From Mobula hypostoma (taxonomy: Eukaryota): a stretch of 64,000 bases of DNA. Under the pieces are notes generated by a model that searched no databases, was not told the origin of the DNA, and worked only from the letters and a program-made list of their open reading frames with translations. Location of the stretch: contig NC_086107.1 in assembly GCF_963921235.1 (NCBI RefSeq), positions 101,186,001 through 101,250,000 on the forward strand, in the 5' to 3' direction. Each line of letters begins with the position of its first letter. Position 1 is the stretch's first letter. This document shows, piece after piece, positions 11,737-24,843 of the stretch. Made by a program: the position numbers and the translations under genes.

Positions 11737-12780
11737 CATCTGTGGGTGTGAACTTCCCACTATTCAGGACACTTACAGCGACAGGTGTGTAAAAAGGGCC
11801 CGAGGAATCATTGGGGACCCGAGTCACCCCAACCACAAACTGTTCCAGCTGCTACCATCTGGGAAACGGTACTGCAGCATAAAAGCCAGGACCAACAGGC
11901 TCCAGGACAGCTCCTTCCACCAAGCCATCAGACTGATTAATTCATGCTAATAAAATTGTATTTCTATGCTATGTTGACTGCCCTGTAAGACCATAAGATA
12001 TAGGAGCAGAAGTAGGCCATTCAGCCCATCAAGTCTGCTCCGCTATTCAATCATGGGCTGATCCAATTCTTCCAGTCATCCCCACTCCCCTGCCTTCTCC
12101 CCATACCCTTTGATGCCCTGGCTAATCAAGAACCTATCTATCTCTGCCTTAAATATACCCAATGACTTGGCCTCTATAGCCGCTTGTGGCAACAAATTCC
12201 ACAGATTTACCACCCTCTGACTAAAGTAATTTCTCCGCATCTCAGTTCTAAAAGGAGATCCTTCAATCCAGAAGTCATGCCCTCTTGTCCTAGAATTCCC
12301 TACCATGGGAAATAACTTTGCCATATCTAATCTGTTCAGGCCTTTTAACATTCGGAATGTTTCTGTGAGATCCCCCCTCGTTCTCTTGAACTCCAGTGAA
12401 TACAGCCCAAAGGCTGCCAGACGTTCCTCATATGGTAACCCTTTCATTCCTGGAATCATTCTCGTGAATCTTCTCTGAACCCTCTCCAATGTCAGTATAT
12501 CTTTTCTAAAATAAGGAGTCTAAAACTGCACACAATACTCCAACTGTAGTCTCACAAGTGCCTTATAGAGCCTCAACATCACATCCCTGCTCTAATATTC
12601 CATACCTCTAGAAATGAATACCAACATTGCATTCGTCCTGTTGCATTTATTTCTGTACATATTACTTATTACAAATTACAGTAACTTGCACTTTGCACAT
12701 TCAGATAAAGGCATAATGTAAAGATTTTTACTCACGTATGTGAAGGATGTAAGAAATAAAGTCAATTCAATTCTATTCAA
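11737..12780 (+). mobile_element. Rex1-type 3' end split by the CR1 insertion at 11987-12635
   Basis: ORF 11708-11950 (RCVKRARGIIGDPSHPNHKLFQLLPSGKRYCSIKARTNRL); the 3' UTR resumes at ~12637 and ends aataaagtcaattcaattc. Confidence 0.6.
11987..12635 (-). mobile_element. CR1 LINE 3' fragment
   Basis: ORF 12076-12489 ERVQRRFTRMIPGMKGLPYEERL...RGDL.ETF...RTRGH...FSQRVVNLWN.LP, plus the CR1 3' hairpin and tail. Confidence 0.85.
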
Positions 12781-13149
12781 AGACTGACAACCAATGTACA
12801 GAAGAAGACAAGCTGCAAATACAAAAAAAAGAATAATTAAATAACACTGAGAACATGAGTTGTAAAGTCTGTTCAGAGTTGAGGTGTCAACTGAAGGGTC
12901 ATAACTGCTCCTGAACCTGATTGTGTGGGACCTATGGCTCCTGTACCTACTGCCTGGTGGTAGCAGTGAGAAGAGAGCATGGCCTGGATGGTGGCAGTCT
13001 AAATGCAGGTTTTGCTAATTTTCTTGCTCTCAGTTTCCTCTAGATTGTAATCCAGCCAAGCCCTGATGCCCCAGGATTTCTTCGACCTCCTAGGTGGACA
13101 GGGAGGGTTAAGGTTCAATGTTTCAGAAGTTTCTTTCTGTCCCTTGCAG

Positions 13150-13269
13150 GAGCTGAACAGCCAGTTGCTGGAGGAAATAGCACGGATACGAGAGCTCGTT
13201 ACAGGGAAGAGCCAAGATAGCACAGCCACTTTACCTGTGACAGGTGACAGAGACAGCTGTGAACTAGAG
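13150..13269 (+). CDS. TRIOBP: TRIOBP-like coding exon: ELNSQLLEEIARIRELVTGKSQDSTATLPVTGDRDSCELE
   Basis: Polypyrimidine tract plus ttgcag acceptor, gtaaaa donor; 120 nt, phase 0 to 0. Ends in SCELE as in TRIOBP. Confidence 0.9.
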
Positions 13270-16200
13270 GTAAAACTGTGGAGGAGGGAGAGGGATGGGG
13301 GTGAGGGTGAATTGGGGTGGGTGGTGAGGAACAGTGCTTTTCACTGAAATCTACACATTAGACACTTGACCAGGAAACACTGTAAGAATTATACAGTGGG
13401 GAGTGGCCAGTCAACCCCAAGAGGCCCTTCTATTCAAATATCCCAACTCCACTGGCTTTATACCAAAGTCACAAAGCCTTCCTTTTTAAGCTCTTAATGC
13501 ATTATTTCTATGTACTTACCATTGAATTAGCTTCCACCGCCCTCTCAGGATGCATAGTTTCTGATCTTGGCGAAGTTCAAAGTAAACTTATTATCGAATG
13601 ATGTGTATGTTGTCATGTACCACCCTAAGATTCATTTTGCTGTGGGCATTCATAGTGAATACAAAGAAACGCAATAGAATCAATGAACAACTGCACACAA
13701 ACAGAAATGGGTAAACACTGAATGAACAAATGAAGAGAAACTGTGCAAATAAAACAGAGATAAATTAGAATTACAAATAAATAATATTGAGAACATGGGT
13801 TGTAGAGGCCTTGAAAGTGAGTCCATAGGTTGTGGAATCAATTCAGTGATGGGGTGAGTGAAGCTATCCACTTACTGTGCTAAAGAAAGAATTATCTCTT
13901 TCCCCGTGCTCACATGTGTTGATGTATTATTTAAGAGAAATTTGGATAAGTAGGCGGATGGGAGGGGTACGAAAGGGTACGGTCCAGGTGCGGGTCGATG
14001 GAACTGGGTGGAATGGTGGTCCAGCATGGACTGGATGGGCCAAATGGCCTGCTGTGGTACTCTATGAATGTGTGACCATGTGTCCATTCCTTGTTCCCTC
14101 TGGCTACAGAAGCAGTTGGGCACGTTTCTGATTTCTGCCGATAAGGAGTGTTAGCCCATCCTCCCCGTGACTACGTGGGTTTCCTCTGGGTGCTATTGCT
14201 TCCTCCCACTTCCCACGTGGGTTAGGGCTAGTAAGTTGTGGGCGTCCTGTGTTGGCGCTGGTCGTGTGGTCCCAGCAAAATTTGATTTGATTTGACGCAT
14301 TTCAGTCTATGTTTCGGTGTGCGTAACGACAAATAAAGCTCATCTCTAAATCTTCCTTTGGGGCCACTACAGTCGCAGCGAAGGCCGTGTTTTGGAGGGA
14401 ATTCCAAGGGTGAGATCCAGTGTTGGTGAAGGATCTGCATTATATATTTCAAGTCAGGACGGCACACAAGTTGGAGGGGAAATCTGTGAGAGGTGGTGCT
14501 CCCATGCACCTGCAGTTCATCCTGTCTAGAGGACATATGTCATGGGGGCGGTGTTGCATGTTACTACAACGTTAAAGCAGATCAGCTCTGGGTAATCTTC
14601 CGACCGAAGTATTCCCTGGAGAGTGACCTGGGGAACACTGGCCTAGTTAATACAGTACAGTGACCCTCAGATTCTGGTAATCTCTTCCCCTCTGTGCCAG
14701 ATAGCCCAGCAGTCCTCTGCTGTTCCAGTGGTCGCCTTTGTTTGTCACTTGATTGCAGATCAGAATTGATTTGATTCGTCCCTTAGCTGAACCTGAGTGA
14801 CCGAGATGTATCAAACGTGAAGTATGAAACAGAAGTCAGGAGCTTTTAATTATGAACTTGCACTGCTGTTTTTCATTATTCTTGACCTTGGAAGGCTAAT
14901 TACAAATATACATCTAAATTTGATTCCTGTGACCGGGCAGGCTGCTGACATGACATCATTGGATGTACTGAGTTCGGCATTGTGTCTTTATTACTCTCAG
15001 TCTTGACACCTCTCGGACTGAATTATTACTGGACTGGGAGGTTCAAATCTTTTGCTACATCACCTCACAAATATAGGACCAATCTTGATTAAAGACGTGA
15101 GTCTTGAGTTTAGTTAGTGAAAAATAAACGTTATGATTTTGATTGAAGTTTAGTGAGGAGATTTAATTGCATAGTGCATGGAGTTCTCTTCAGTCTCTGG
15201 ATTTCTGCACTGTTATGGAATTAGAGGACAGTGCAACACACAAGACTGCCTTTTGGCCCATCTTGATCTCCCAAAACCAACTCTCTGTGTGGACTTTCTC
15301 CCCCTTCCACTTCTTATCTCATTAGCTTTGACGGAGATGGATATGGGCCAAACAGGATTAGCTTAGTGGGTACTGTGGTCAGCATGGACAAGAGATGCTG
15401 AAGGGCCTGTTTTCATGCCGTATATCTCTATGACTGAACTCCTGTTTCCACTCCCTTTTTAGCTGCAAATGGCAGCTGCCAACAACCTGGAATCTTTACT
15501 GAAACAAGCTCCCTTCTCTTTCTTCAACTGATCACCTTGTCTTTCTCTCTGGCACCTGAAAACTATTTCCCTTGCTCTGAAATAGGGGAGGGTTCAGTCA
15601 GCTCTGAAGGTGTTTTAAACAGACAGGGGAGGCTGTCAGTCTTCTCTCTCTTCCCCTGAACAACAGCGCTCTCCGCCGCTGCCTCTGGCATCTTGCCGAG
15701 GCTGAGCTTTGTAATGATCTGTAACCCCACCAGCCTGCTAACACTCAGCAGTGCTGCTGAACCCACAGATGCAGCCCTTATCGTTCACCAACAGACAGCC
15801 TGTTGCAGGTGCACTGCTGGGCGATATGGCAGTGAGAGGACTTACAGGGGCTGCTGGTCCTCTGAGAGAATCAAGTTCTTAGCTGCTCCTGGGGCAGGCT
15901 GTTCCTGATGTGGTAGAGATCCACTCCTGCGGCAGGCTGTCCTTGATGTGGCGCAGTTCACTAACAGCTTCTCTGTGGAAGGCAGTTCCTACAGCAGTAC
16001 GTCGATAGTAAAGGCGCTGAATTGGAATCGCGCAACAATAGCGCAGCGGTTACAGCTCGCAGCGATCCCGGGTTCAGAGTTCAATTCCGGCGCTGTTCTG
16101 CAAGGAGTCTCTGTACACCCTCCCCGTAGAACGCTGGGTTTCCCCTGGGTGCTCCAGTTTCCTCCCACAGTCCAAAGGCATACCGGGTAGGTTAATTATA

Positions 16201-18019
16201 AATTGTCCCGTGGCTCAGTTAGGGTTAACCGGGGTTGTGGGGTGGCTGGAACAGCGTGGCTCGAAGGCCAACTTCGCATGGAATCACTAAAGAAATAAAT
16301 AAATTCTCGGGTTTATTATCACTGACACGTCGTGAAATTTGTTTTGTGGCAGCAGGGCAGAGCAATGTATAAAAATCACTAAGTTACAGTAAGAAAAATA
16401 AGTGGAAAAGAGGAATACGGAGGTAGTGTTGATGGGTTCATGGACCGTTCAGAAATCTGATGGCCAAGGCAAAGGGGAAGAGGTTGTTCCTGGAAGTTGA
16501 GTGTGTGTCATCAGGCTCCTGTACCACCTCTCTGATGGTGATGAGAAGAGGGTGTGCTCTGTACAGTGGATGCCACTTTCTTGACACGCCACCTTTTGAC
16601 GATGTCCTCGATGGTGGGGAGGGTTGAGCCCCTGATGGAGCTGGCTGTGTTTACAACCCTCTGCGGTTCCTATCCATTCTGCACCTTGGGGGCTCCACGC
16701 CAGGCGGTTATGCAATGCTCCCCATGTACCGTGGAGATGTTCTGACAGGCTGCAGCACTGTCTGGCGTTGGGGGTGGAGGGCACTGCACAGGATTGAAGT
16801 AGGCTGCAGAGAGTTGTAAAATTGGTCAGGTCTGTCATGGGCAACATCTGTAGTATCCAAGACATCTTCAAGAAGCGGTGCCCCAGAAAGGCGACCCCCA
16901 CCACCCAGGACATGCCCTCTTCTCATTGTTACCATCGGGAAGGAGGTACAGAAGCCTGAAGTTCAGGAATAGCTTCTTCCCCTCTGCCATCTGGTTTCTA
17001 AATGGACACTGAATCCATGAACACTGTCTCACTACTTTTTTTAACAATTGTTTTTGCACCACTTGTTTGAATCTAACAATTTACTATACATATATACCTA
17101 CTGTAATTCAGGTTTTTTCTTATATTTATCATGTATTTCATTGTACTGCTGCCGCTCAGTTAACAAATTTAACGACGTTTGCCGGTCATATTAAACCTGA
17201 TTCTGGTCCATCATCAGGGGCAAACACAGGCAAACGAGACTAGCTCAGAAAGGTACCCTGGTCAGCATGGGCAAGTTGGTCTGAAGAGCCATGTACTTTA
17301 TAACTATTATTCTATTAACGGGTTATGACATAAACTTCGTTAACACATACACATACCACCTGTGGAGTGACATTAAGTTTTACGTCCCAAAGAAACCTTT
17401 CAGAGTTTACATCGGATGTACTTCTACCTTCCTTCATTGGAAATTTTTAAAAAATCGATGTTGGTGTAGCTGATAACAGTATTCAGGTATCTGTGGATGG
17501 ACCTAAGGTACAAAGGACTAATCGGTGACTGGTGGTGATTGAATGACAGGACAGCCTTGAGGGGCTAAATGGCCTTCTCCTCTGTTTTCCATCTTCCTGT
17601 CTAAGTGAAGTAGTGACCTGGTTTAGACACGTGTACCCATGCTGTCCTCTTGACCATTCTCTCTGCTCACTGGCACAGTCAACAATCCTACGTTGAGGGC
17701 GAATACAGCCAAGAATCCCCACAGGAGCCACAAGGACTTCCAGCTGAGCAGCAGTGTTAGCTGGCAATCCCAGTGTGTCGGGGTCAGGGGCCATACATTT
17801 AACCACCACTGGATGATCTTAAACCAGCTCCTCCTGCGGGTATACGTAGTTGCCTAGGAACTGGGTCACAAAACATTGTTTGTCTTTAGCAGCCTCGGCT
17901 CAAGGCCGATGCAGTAAATCGTTTCCACACGAAAACTTGAGGGCCAGTGTTATAGGGAAAGCTGAATTAATTAGGACTTTATTGCCCCGAAGCACAGGAA
18001 AATGAGGAGAGCTTTGATA

Positions 18020-18038
18020 GACACACACATACACACAC

Positions 18039-18084
<46 letters not shown>

Positions 18085-18094
18085 ACACACACAC

Positions 18095-18125
<31 letters not shown>

Positions 18126-18127
18126 CA
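18020..18127. repeat. (CA)n microsatellite
   Basis: Directly visible. Confidence 0.95.
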
Positions 18128-19035
18128 ATGCTGGAGGAACTTGGGTCAGACAGCATCCACAGAAATGAACAAACACTCAATGTTTCAGGCCGAGACCCTT
18201 CTTCAGGACTGGAAAGGAAGGGGGAAGATGTCATATTAGAAAAGTGGAGGGGGGAGGGAAGGAGGACGGCTAGAAGGTGATAGGTGAAGCCAGGTGGATT
18301 GGAACAGTAAATGTCTGGAGGGGAAGGAATCTGAAATGAGAGGAGAGTGGACCATGGAAGAAAGGGAAGGAGGGGCAACGGGGAGGTAAGAAGAGGTAAC
18401 TGGCCAGAGTGAGGAAAAGAAGAATAGGGAAGGGGGAGGGAATTTTTTTTACCGGAAGAAGAAATCAATATTCATACCATCAGGTTGAAGGCTACCCAGA
18501 TGGAATATAAGATGTTGTTCATCCACCCTGAGGGTTGGCCTCATTTTGGGACATTTTGTGACATGTCAGAATGGGAATGGAAATCGGAATTAAAATATTT
18601 GGCCACCAGGAAGTTCCACCTTTGGCGGATGGAGCCGAGGTGCTTGACGAAGCGTTCCCCAGTTAACGACGGGCCTCGCCAATGTAGAGAAGGCCGCATC
18701 GGGAGCACCCAACACAATAGACGGCCCCAGCAGGTTCACAGGTGAAGTGTTGCCTCACTTCACCTGGAAGGACTGCTTGTGGCCCTAATTGGTGGTGAGG
18801 GAGGAGGTGAATGGGCAGGTGTAACACTTTGCCCTCCTGTAGGGAGGGAGATTAGTGGGGAGGGATGAATGGACAATGGAATCACGGACGGAGTAATCCC
18901 TGGGGAAAGCGGAGAGTTGGGAAAGGTAAAGATATGTTTGGTGGTGGGGTCCCATTGAAGATGGTGGAGGTTGTGGAGGATGATGTGTTGGATGCAGAGG
19001 CTCATGGGGGGGTAGGTAAGGACAAGAGCAACTCT
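18125..19035 (-). mobile_element. Penelope-like retroelement 3' portion (GIY-YIG endonuclease remnant plus hammerhead-bearing end)
   Basis: Minus strand at ~18755-18662 reads RQHFTCEPAGAVYCVGCSRCGLLYIGEARR*. A hammerhead-like motif CAGTC-CTGAAGA-AGGGTCTCGGCCT-GAAACATT-GAGTG lies downstream on the same strand (18174-18211). Confidence 0.8.
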
Positions 19036-21386
19036 GGCGCTGTTAAGGCGACGGGAATATGGGATCAGCGAGATTTGATAGAGGTATACAAATACGAGGG
19101 GTACAGAAAGGGTTAATGCAGGCTTTTTCACTGAGGTTGGGTGAGAGAGCTAGAGGTCATGGGTTAAGAGGGAAAGGTGAAAGGTGAAATGTTTAAGGAT
19201 GCTCTTCACTCAGAGTGGTGTTGATCTGGAGTGAGATGTCAAAGCAAGTGGTGGATGTGGGATTTCAACATTTAAGAGAAATTTGAATAGATACTGTGCA
19301 TGAATGGGCGGGATGTGAAGGGCTGATCAAAGGAACTAAACAAGAGTAACAGTTCAACAGGGACTAGATGGGCCAAAGGACCTGTTTCTGTGCTGTAGTG
19401 CTCCATGAGTCTATACCAGGTGTTACATCTGACCAGCGCATACCCTCCCCGTCCCCGGGGCTCTTTTGGGGCTGTGTCCAGTCTTGGGTTGGGTCTCACT
19501 GGCCTCTCTGCAGAGCGAGCCGCGCTCTCGGTGGGCGGTGTTGGCCCGCTCCAGGGTCACTGCGCCAGCAGAGGTGTGAAATGCAGAAATCGGTGTATTC
19601 CCAAGCTGTAGCTCAGCCTCACAACTGGGAGATCTCTCGAGTGTTAAAGTCAAGTCAAGTCACTTTTTATTGTCATTTCGACCATAACTGCTGGTACAGT
19701 ACACAGTAAAAATGAGACAACGTTTTTCAGGACCATGGTGCCACATGAACAATACAAAAACTATACTGAACTACGTAAAACAACACAAAACTACACTAGA
19801 CTACAGACCTGAAGATCCTCCCACAGGGCTGCAGCCTCGTTCACTCCGTTATATCATCACAAAGCTACACCTGGCCCGTGATGAGCTTCCAGCCAATAAC
19901 TTACTCCCTGTTTATTATGCCACACTTAACCCATTCAGCTCCTTCCATCTTGTACCTGATGCTGGGGAATCCATTCTGTACATGAACCAACCAGCGACCT
20001 GCGGCAGGATCTCAGCAGGTCTCAAGCAGCATTTGAGCTGGAGAAAGTATTTATTTATTTATTGAGCTATAGCGTGGAATAGCCCTCCTGGCCCTTCAAG
20101 CCACGCCGCCCAGCAATCCCGATTTAACCCTCACCTAATCACGGGACAGTTTACAATGAGCAATTAACCTACCAACCGCTGCGTCTTTGGACTGTGGGAG
20201 GAAACCGGAGCACCTGGAGGAAACTCACAGGGAGAATGTACAACTTCCTCACAGGCAGCGATGGGAATTGAACCTGGGTCGCTGGTACAGGAAAGTATTG
20301 TGCTAACCACTACACCACAGTGTTTCTCCACGGATACTGCTCGACCTGCAGAGTTCTTCCACCAGCCTGTGTGTTGCCCCGGCTTCCTGCATCTGCAGTC
20401 TCTTGTGTCTGTACAGTATATAAACCATTTGAGCGCCCCGTGGAGGGGAGGCTTGGAAATGATGCTTTTTTGGCCTTAAGCTGCGAATTTCTGCTGGAAT
20501 TACTCCAGTGGAAGAGGTTAACCTTCACAATGAACAGTTCAAGGTTAATGCTAGGCTCCTCTCATATCGAAGCACAATCCAGCATAGGACAGGGACAGCC
20601 TGTGCACAGGGGGGAGCAGGGGAGGTGAGCGAGTGGGAATGGGGAGAGAATAAAACGGGACTGGGGTATACGATTAGCATGGGCTTGATGGACCGAAGGG
20701 CCCGTTTCCGTGATGCAAGAGCAGATGAAATTCTGTGGCTTCAGAAAGTAACATTTAACGGCACCAGAGACCCGGATTCAATTCCCGCTGTGGTGAGTGT
20801 GTACGTTCTCCACATGACCGCGCGGATTTCCTGGCGCTCCAGTGTCCTCCAACATCCCAAGGGTGTACGGGTTAGGGTTAGTAAGTTGTGGGCATGTAAC
20901 GTTGGTGCCAGAAGCATGGTGACACTTGCGGGCTGCCCCCAGCACGTCCTCACTCGGACTGTGTCAGTCTGTAGTGAAGGACCTTGGCCTGAAACGTCGA
21001 CTCTTTACTCTTTTCCACGGATGCTGCCTGGCCTGCTGAGCTCCTCCAGCATTCTGTGTGCATTCGCGCATTTCACGTATGCTTTTCAAAGTTTTGATGC
21101 ACGTGTGGCAAATAAAGTTATTTTTTTCCTTTACTCAGTAGTAACAACCTCTAGCCAAACCATTCACAGAGTAAAGATGAGTCAAAATTTAACATGAGTT
21201 ACTTCCAGCATCTCTAACTTGCTCCATGGTCAATGTTATTCTACAAAAGCTAATCCCTCGAATGGATTGAAGCAACTCGCTCCTGGGTATTTATTGTTCT
21301 GCCTTATTGCCAGCATGTTTCTGGGCTCCTTGTTCTTGGGATTGGACACTGGGGGTGAGCTTACAGCACTCTCTCTCTGTCCTCAG

Positions 21387-21473
21387 ATGTTGCTGCGGGT
21401 GAAGGAGAACGAAGTGCAGAATCTCAGGAAGGAAACGCTGTGCCTACGCGATGAGCTTCAGACCGTGCAGTGG
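21387..21473 (+). CDS. TRIOBP: TRIOBP-like coding exon: MLLRVKENEVQNLRKETLCLRDELQTVQW
   Basis: cctcag acceptor, gtgagt donor; 87 nt. LLRVKENE...CLRDELQ matches TRIOBP. Confidence 0.92.
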
Positions 21474-21606
21474 GTGAGTGCCTCTCACAGGCCTTCCGGC
21501 GAGTTAACGAGGCAGGTCCAGTTCGGGGGCCTGACCCTCAGCGCTGTCGCGGTCCTCCCACCGCCCGTCTGCCCGCTGTGACTTTGTTCGTGAATTCTCT
21601 CTGCAG

Positions 21607-21768
21607 GATAAGAAGTACGCCACGGACAGGTACAACGATATTTTCGTGGAATTGAGCGTCATGAAGGTGAGAACGGAGCGTGAGCTGTGCCAGGTGAAAG
21701 AGCAGCTGAAGCTGGCACTGTCTGCACTGAATGAGAAGACGACTTTACAGGACAGCGGCAGAAAATAA
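21607..21768 (+). CDS. TRIOBP: TRIOBP-like last coding exon: DKKYATDRYNDIFVELSVMKVRTERELCQVKEQLKLALSALNEKTTLQDSGRK*
   Basis: ctgcag acceptor; TAA at 21766-21768; donor gtgagt at 21771. The stop shortly after AL.EK fits TRIOBP, whereas MPRIP continues further. Confidence 0.9.
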   Translation, partial: DKKYATDRYNDIFVELSVMKVRTERELCQVKEQLKLALSALNEKTTLQDSGRK

Positions 21769-22945
21769 CGGTGAGTGCGTGCACCCCGGGGTCTGGTGAG
21801 AGCTGTGTGTACTGACCCTGGTGTTCGGCTTCATATCACCTCACCCTTATCTTCCTCACTTCCCCTACCTGCCAGGAACCGGCTCTGGGGCCTTCCTCCA
21901 GTTCTGAACTCTTCCATTCACCTGTGTCGATGGAGGCTGCAGAGGCCCTTAACACTGGCATTGCCCCCTCAAGGTGGTCCACAGTCACAGAGAGAGACAC
22001 AAACAGGTCTTTTGGCCCTTTGAGTTTGTGCCAACCAGCAAGCACTGGTTATTTCTCACTTATCCTCTCGGACAGAGCCCGAGGTGCCATCTGTTCTCCT
22101 ACCTGCGCAGTGCTTGGACAACTTAAACGTTGGCCCAGATGCACTGGGAGCCTAAGTGTCGGGTGCAGAGTCGAGGGTCGGGCTGATTCCACCCGCCCTC
22201 CTGCCAGTGTTTGTTCCTTTCTCCGCAGCGCCGGGACCGTGAACCGATCCGGCTGCTGTGCGTTTCTGCCCCACTGGTGTGGTGAACTGGGGACTGAGGC
22301 TTGGGCCTACTCCGGCAGCTCCGGGAGCAGATCTGGGATCAGTCTGGTTCGGGATGCTGTGGGCTTGCTTCTGTTGTTTGCATAATGCGTGCTTCCTTTC
22401 CCCCCCTTTTTTTAATTGGGTTATTCGAGTTTCTTGCTTTGCGGCTGCCTGTAAGCAGGCAAATCTCAGGGTGTATAATTTATCCATTCATTGATAATAA
22501 ATGCCCTTTGAATCTTTGAATCTCTGTGGCTGGAATGTTCGGCTGAAAATGAAGCAGATAATTTCATGATCAGCTGTTATTCCTACACTCCAGTGCATTG
22601 TGTGGCTGCTATGGACAACCGGTCTGTATGACAATAATCCCACAGGGGCAAAGCGGGCAAAACCAGCATTTATCAACATCGCTAATTGCCATTGGGATGG
22701 TGATGGTGAATTGCATTCATAAACCACTGCAGTCCCGCTGGAAAAGGTAGTCCCAGAGCACCACTGGGGAGGGAATTCCTGGGTTTTTACCCAGTAAAGA
22801 AATTGTGTTATATTTTAACTCAATTCTATTTTAATTGTCATTCAATCATATATGAATGCAGCCAAATGAGACAGCGTTATGATGGAGTCAAGGTGCAAAA
22901 TCACATTACCAACAGTCACACTGTCACAGTATAAAATAGTCCCGA

Positions 22946-23314
22946 CACCTCCCCCTACCGTCCCCCAGCACTGCACCTCCCCCACCCCCGGCACTGCACC
23001 TCCCCCACCCTCCCGGCACTGCACCTCCCCCTACCGTCCCCCCCCACTGCACCTCCCCCACCTTCCCAGCACTGCACCTCCCCCTACCGCCCCCCAGCAC
23101 TGCACCTCCCCCACCCCCCCCCCGGCACTGCACCTCCCCCACCCTCCCGGCACTGCACCTCCCCCTACCGCCCCCCAGCACTGCACCTCCCCCACCCCAC
23201 CCCCGGCACTGCACCTCCCCCACCCTCCTGGCACTGCACCTCCCCCACCCTCTCGGCACTGCACCTCCCCCTACCGCTCCCCGGCACTGCACCTCCCCCA
23301 CCCCCCGGCACTGC
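22946..23314. repeat. C-rich minisatellite, ~23-bp unit (cccggcactgcacctcccccacc)
   Basis: About 15 tandem imperfect copies. Confidence 0.95.
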
Positions 23315-24843
23315 AGCTTGAGGCCCAGTCCTCGCATATAGAATATTAGTAAAAACAAAACCAGACAAACATATATGTACATAGTCCAGACCCCTCAGCC
23401 CATTTGAAATCTTCAGTTGACCACAACTGCGCTACACATCCCCCTGTGGAGCGTGTCGGTTCAGATGCCGCTCCCCGGTGGCTGATGATGGTGGTCTCCG
23501 CCTGCTGCCCCTGTGGTAGTAAGGATCGTGCCTTTGGTAGGAAAGGCCAGTGCTTTGGCAAGTCTCTGTGGGCTTGGGGAGAGGATACGCAGGGTCGTGA
23601 TTGAATGTTGGTTTTGCTCACCCCTCTGCTCCGCTCTCGCCCCTCCCCTCGCAGGCTCCCCCTTGGCCTTGCCACAGAGGAAGAGACCCAGCGATGAAGC
23701 CTTCAGTCCCGGCCGAAGGCTCGGAATTACCTGTGGATGCGGAGGTGCCTGGAAGACTCGCTCCGTGCCTTTCTTCTGGTCCTACTGTTTAATAACGGCT
23801 CCCAATGTCGAAATTGCTGTGAAATTAAAACTGAGAATATATATATATATATATATATTATGTATACACACCGGTTAGCAGTTATCACCTGTTCCATTCA
23901 ACCCCTCATCCATCCTAACCCCTCGCACGGTTGCCGTGGTATCCTGCAACCACTAGGCATTGGCCTGCTTTTCCGATGCGTCCGAGTCGGCGGCTGTGAA
24001 GACCACAGTGGCTCTGGGCTGGGATTCCCCACTCCAGCGTCTTGGCTTTGTACTGGAAGGTACACAGCCCATCCTTTGGCGCCATAGCCAGTTCCAGCGT
24101 CCAGGGTGGCCAGCTCGAGCTGGGGCTGTCTCCAGAGCTTGTCTTCCCTCGTTCCGCCCAGCCCGCCACCCCACCCGCGGAGCAGCCGGTGGGAATGGGC
24201 ATGGACACACTGACCCATCACCACGCTCTGTTTGCAGAGGGAATCAGGAGTGTTCTACCTGTGTGGTGGGAATTCACCCTCCCTGCCGTACAGATTTCTC
24301 GAACTTGTCAGTTCAAAAGGCTTTGTTCCTCATCACCCCCCCGCCAGCTTTTTATGACTGTCAGCATTGAACTTCAACGCCCTGAAATCTTCCTCCCAGC
24401 TGATCCTCAGGGCAGCTTCCAGGGAGTGAACCAGCCTTCTCCTGGAAATCCCGGGATGGACAGGCGGTTGGTGACCCGAAATGGGAATCAGCTCTGTTTA
24501 AGCAGGATGTTCAGGGGGTTCATTCAGGACCCTTCTCTCCCCTCCTCCGCTATCCAAGCCAAGTGACGAGTGGCTGAGGAAGAAAGGAGGTGTATTATTA
24601 TGTGAGGTGCTGTGGCAGAGTCCAGTTCAGTCTGTACCCTGCCGTGCTAAAGCTTTGGACAGATGCACGTGATTTTTTCATGTTCGTACATGTGCTGCAG
24701 CCCGGAAACTTCCTCTACCCTGCAGGTTTAGCAGACAAAGGCATTCACACCATCAAGCCCATTCTACCATTCAGTTTGATCCTTAGGATGAGCGGGGAGG
24801 AGAAACCACTTTCTCCCATCTCACTTTTCAAAATCCTTGATAC

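Noticed and set aside
20508..21197. 229-aa ORF (also 3859-4473, 24042-24566 and 28322-28816)
   Set aside because: These run across unrelated repeat fragments or UTR-like sequence with no coherent domain or splice structure.
809..21768. Calling the gene MPRIP
   Set aside because: The early stop and diagnostic motifs favour TRIOBP. This is not formally excluded without phylogeny or synteny.
22879..23382. Pro-rich and Gly-rich ORFs
   Set aside because: Artefacts of the 23-bp minisatellite.
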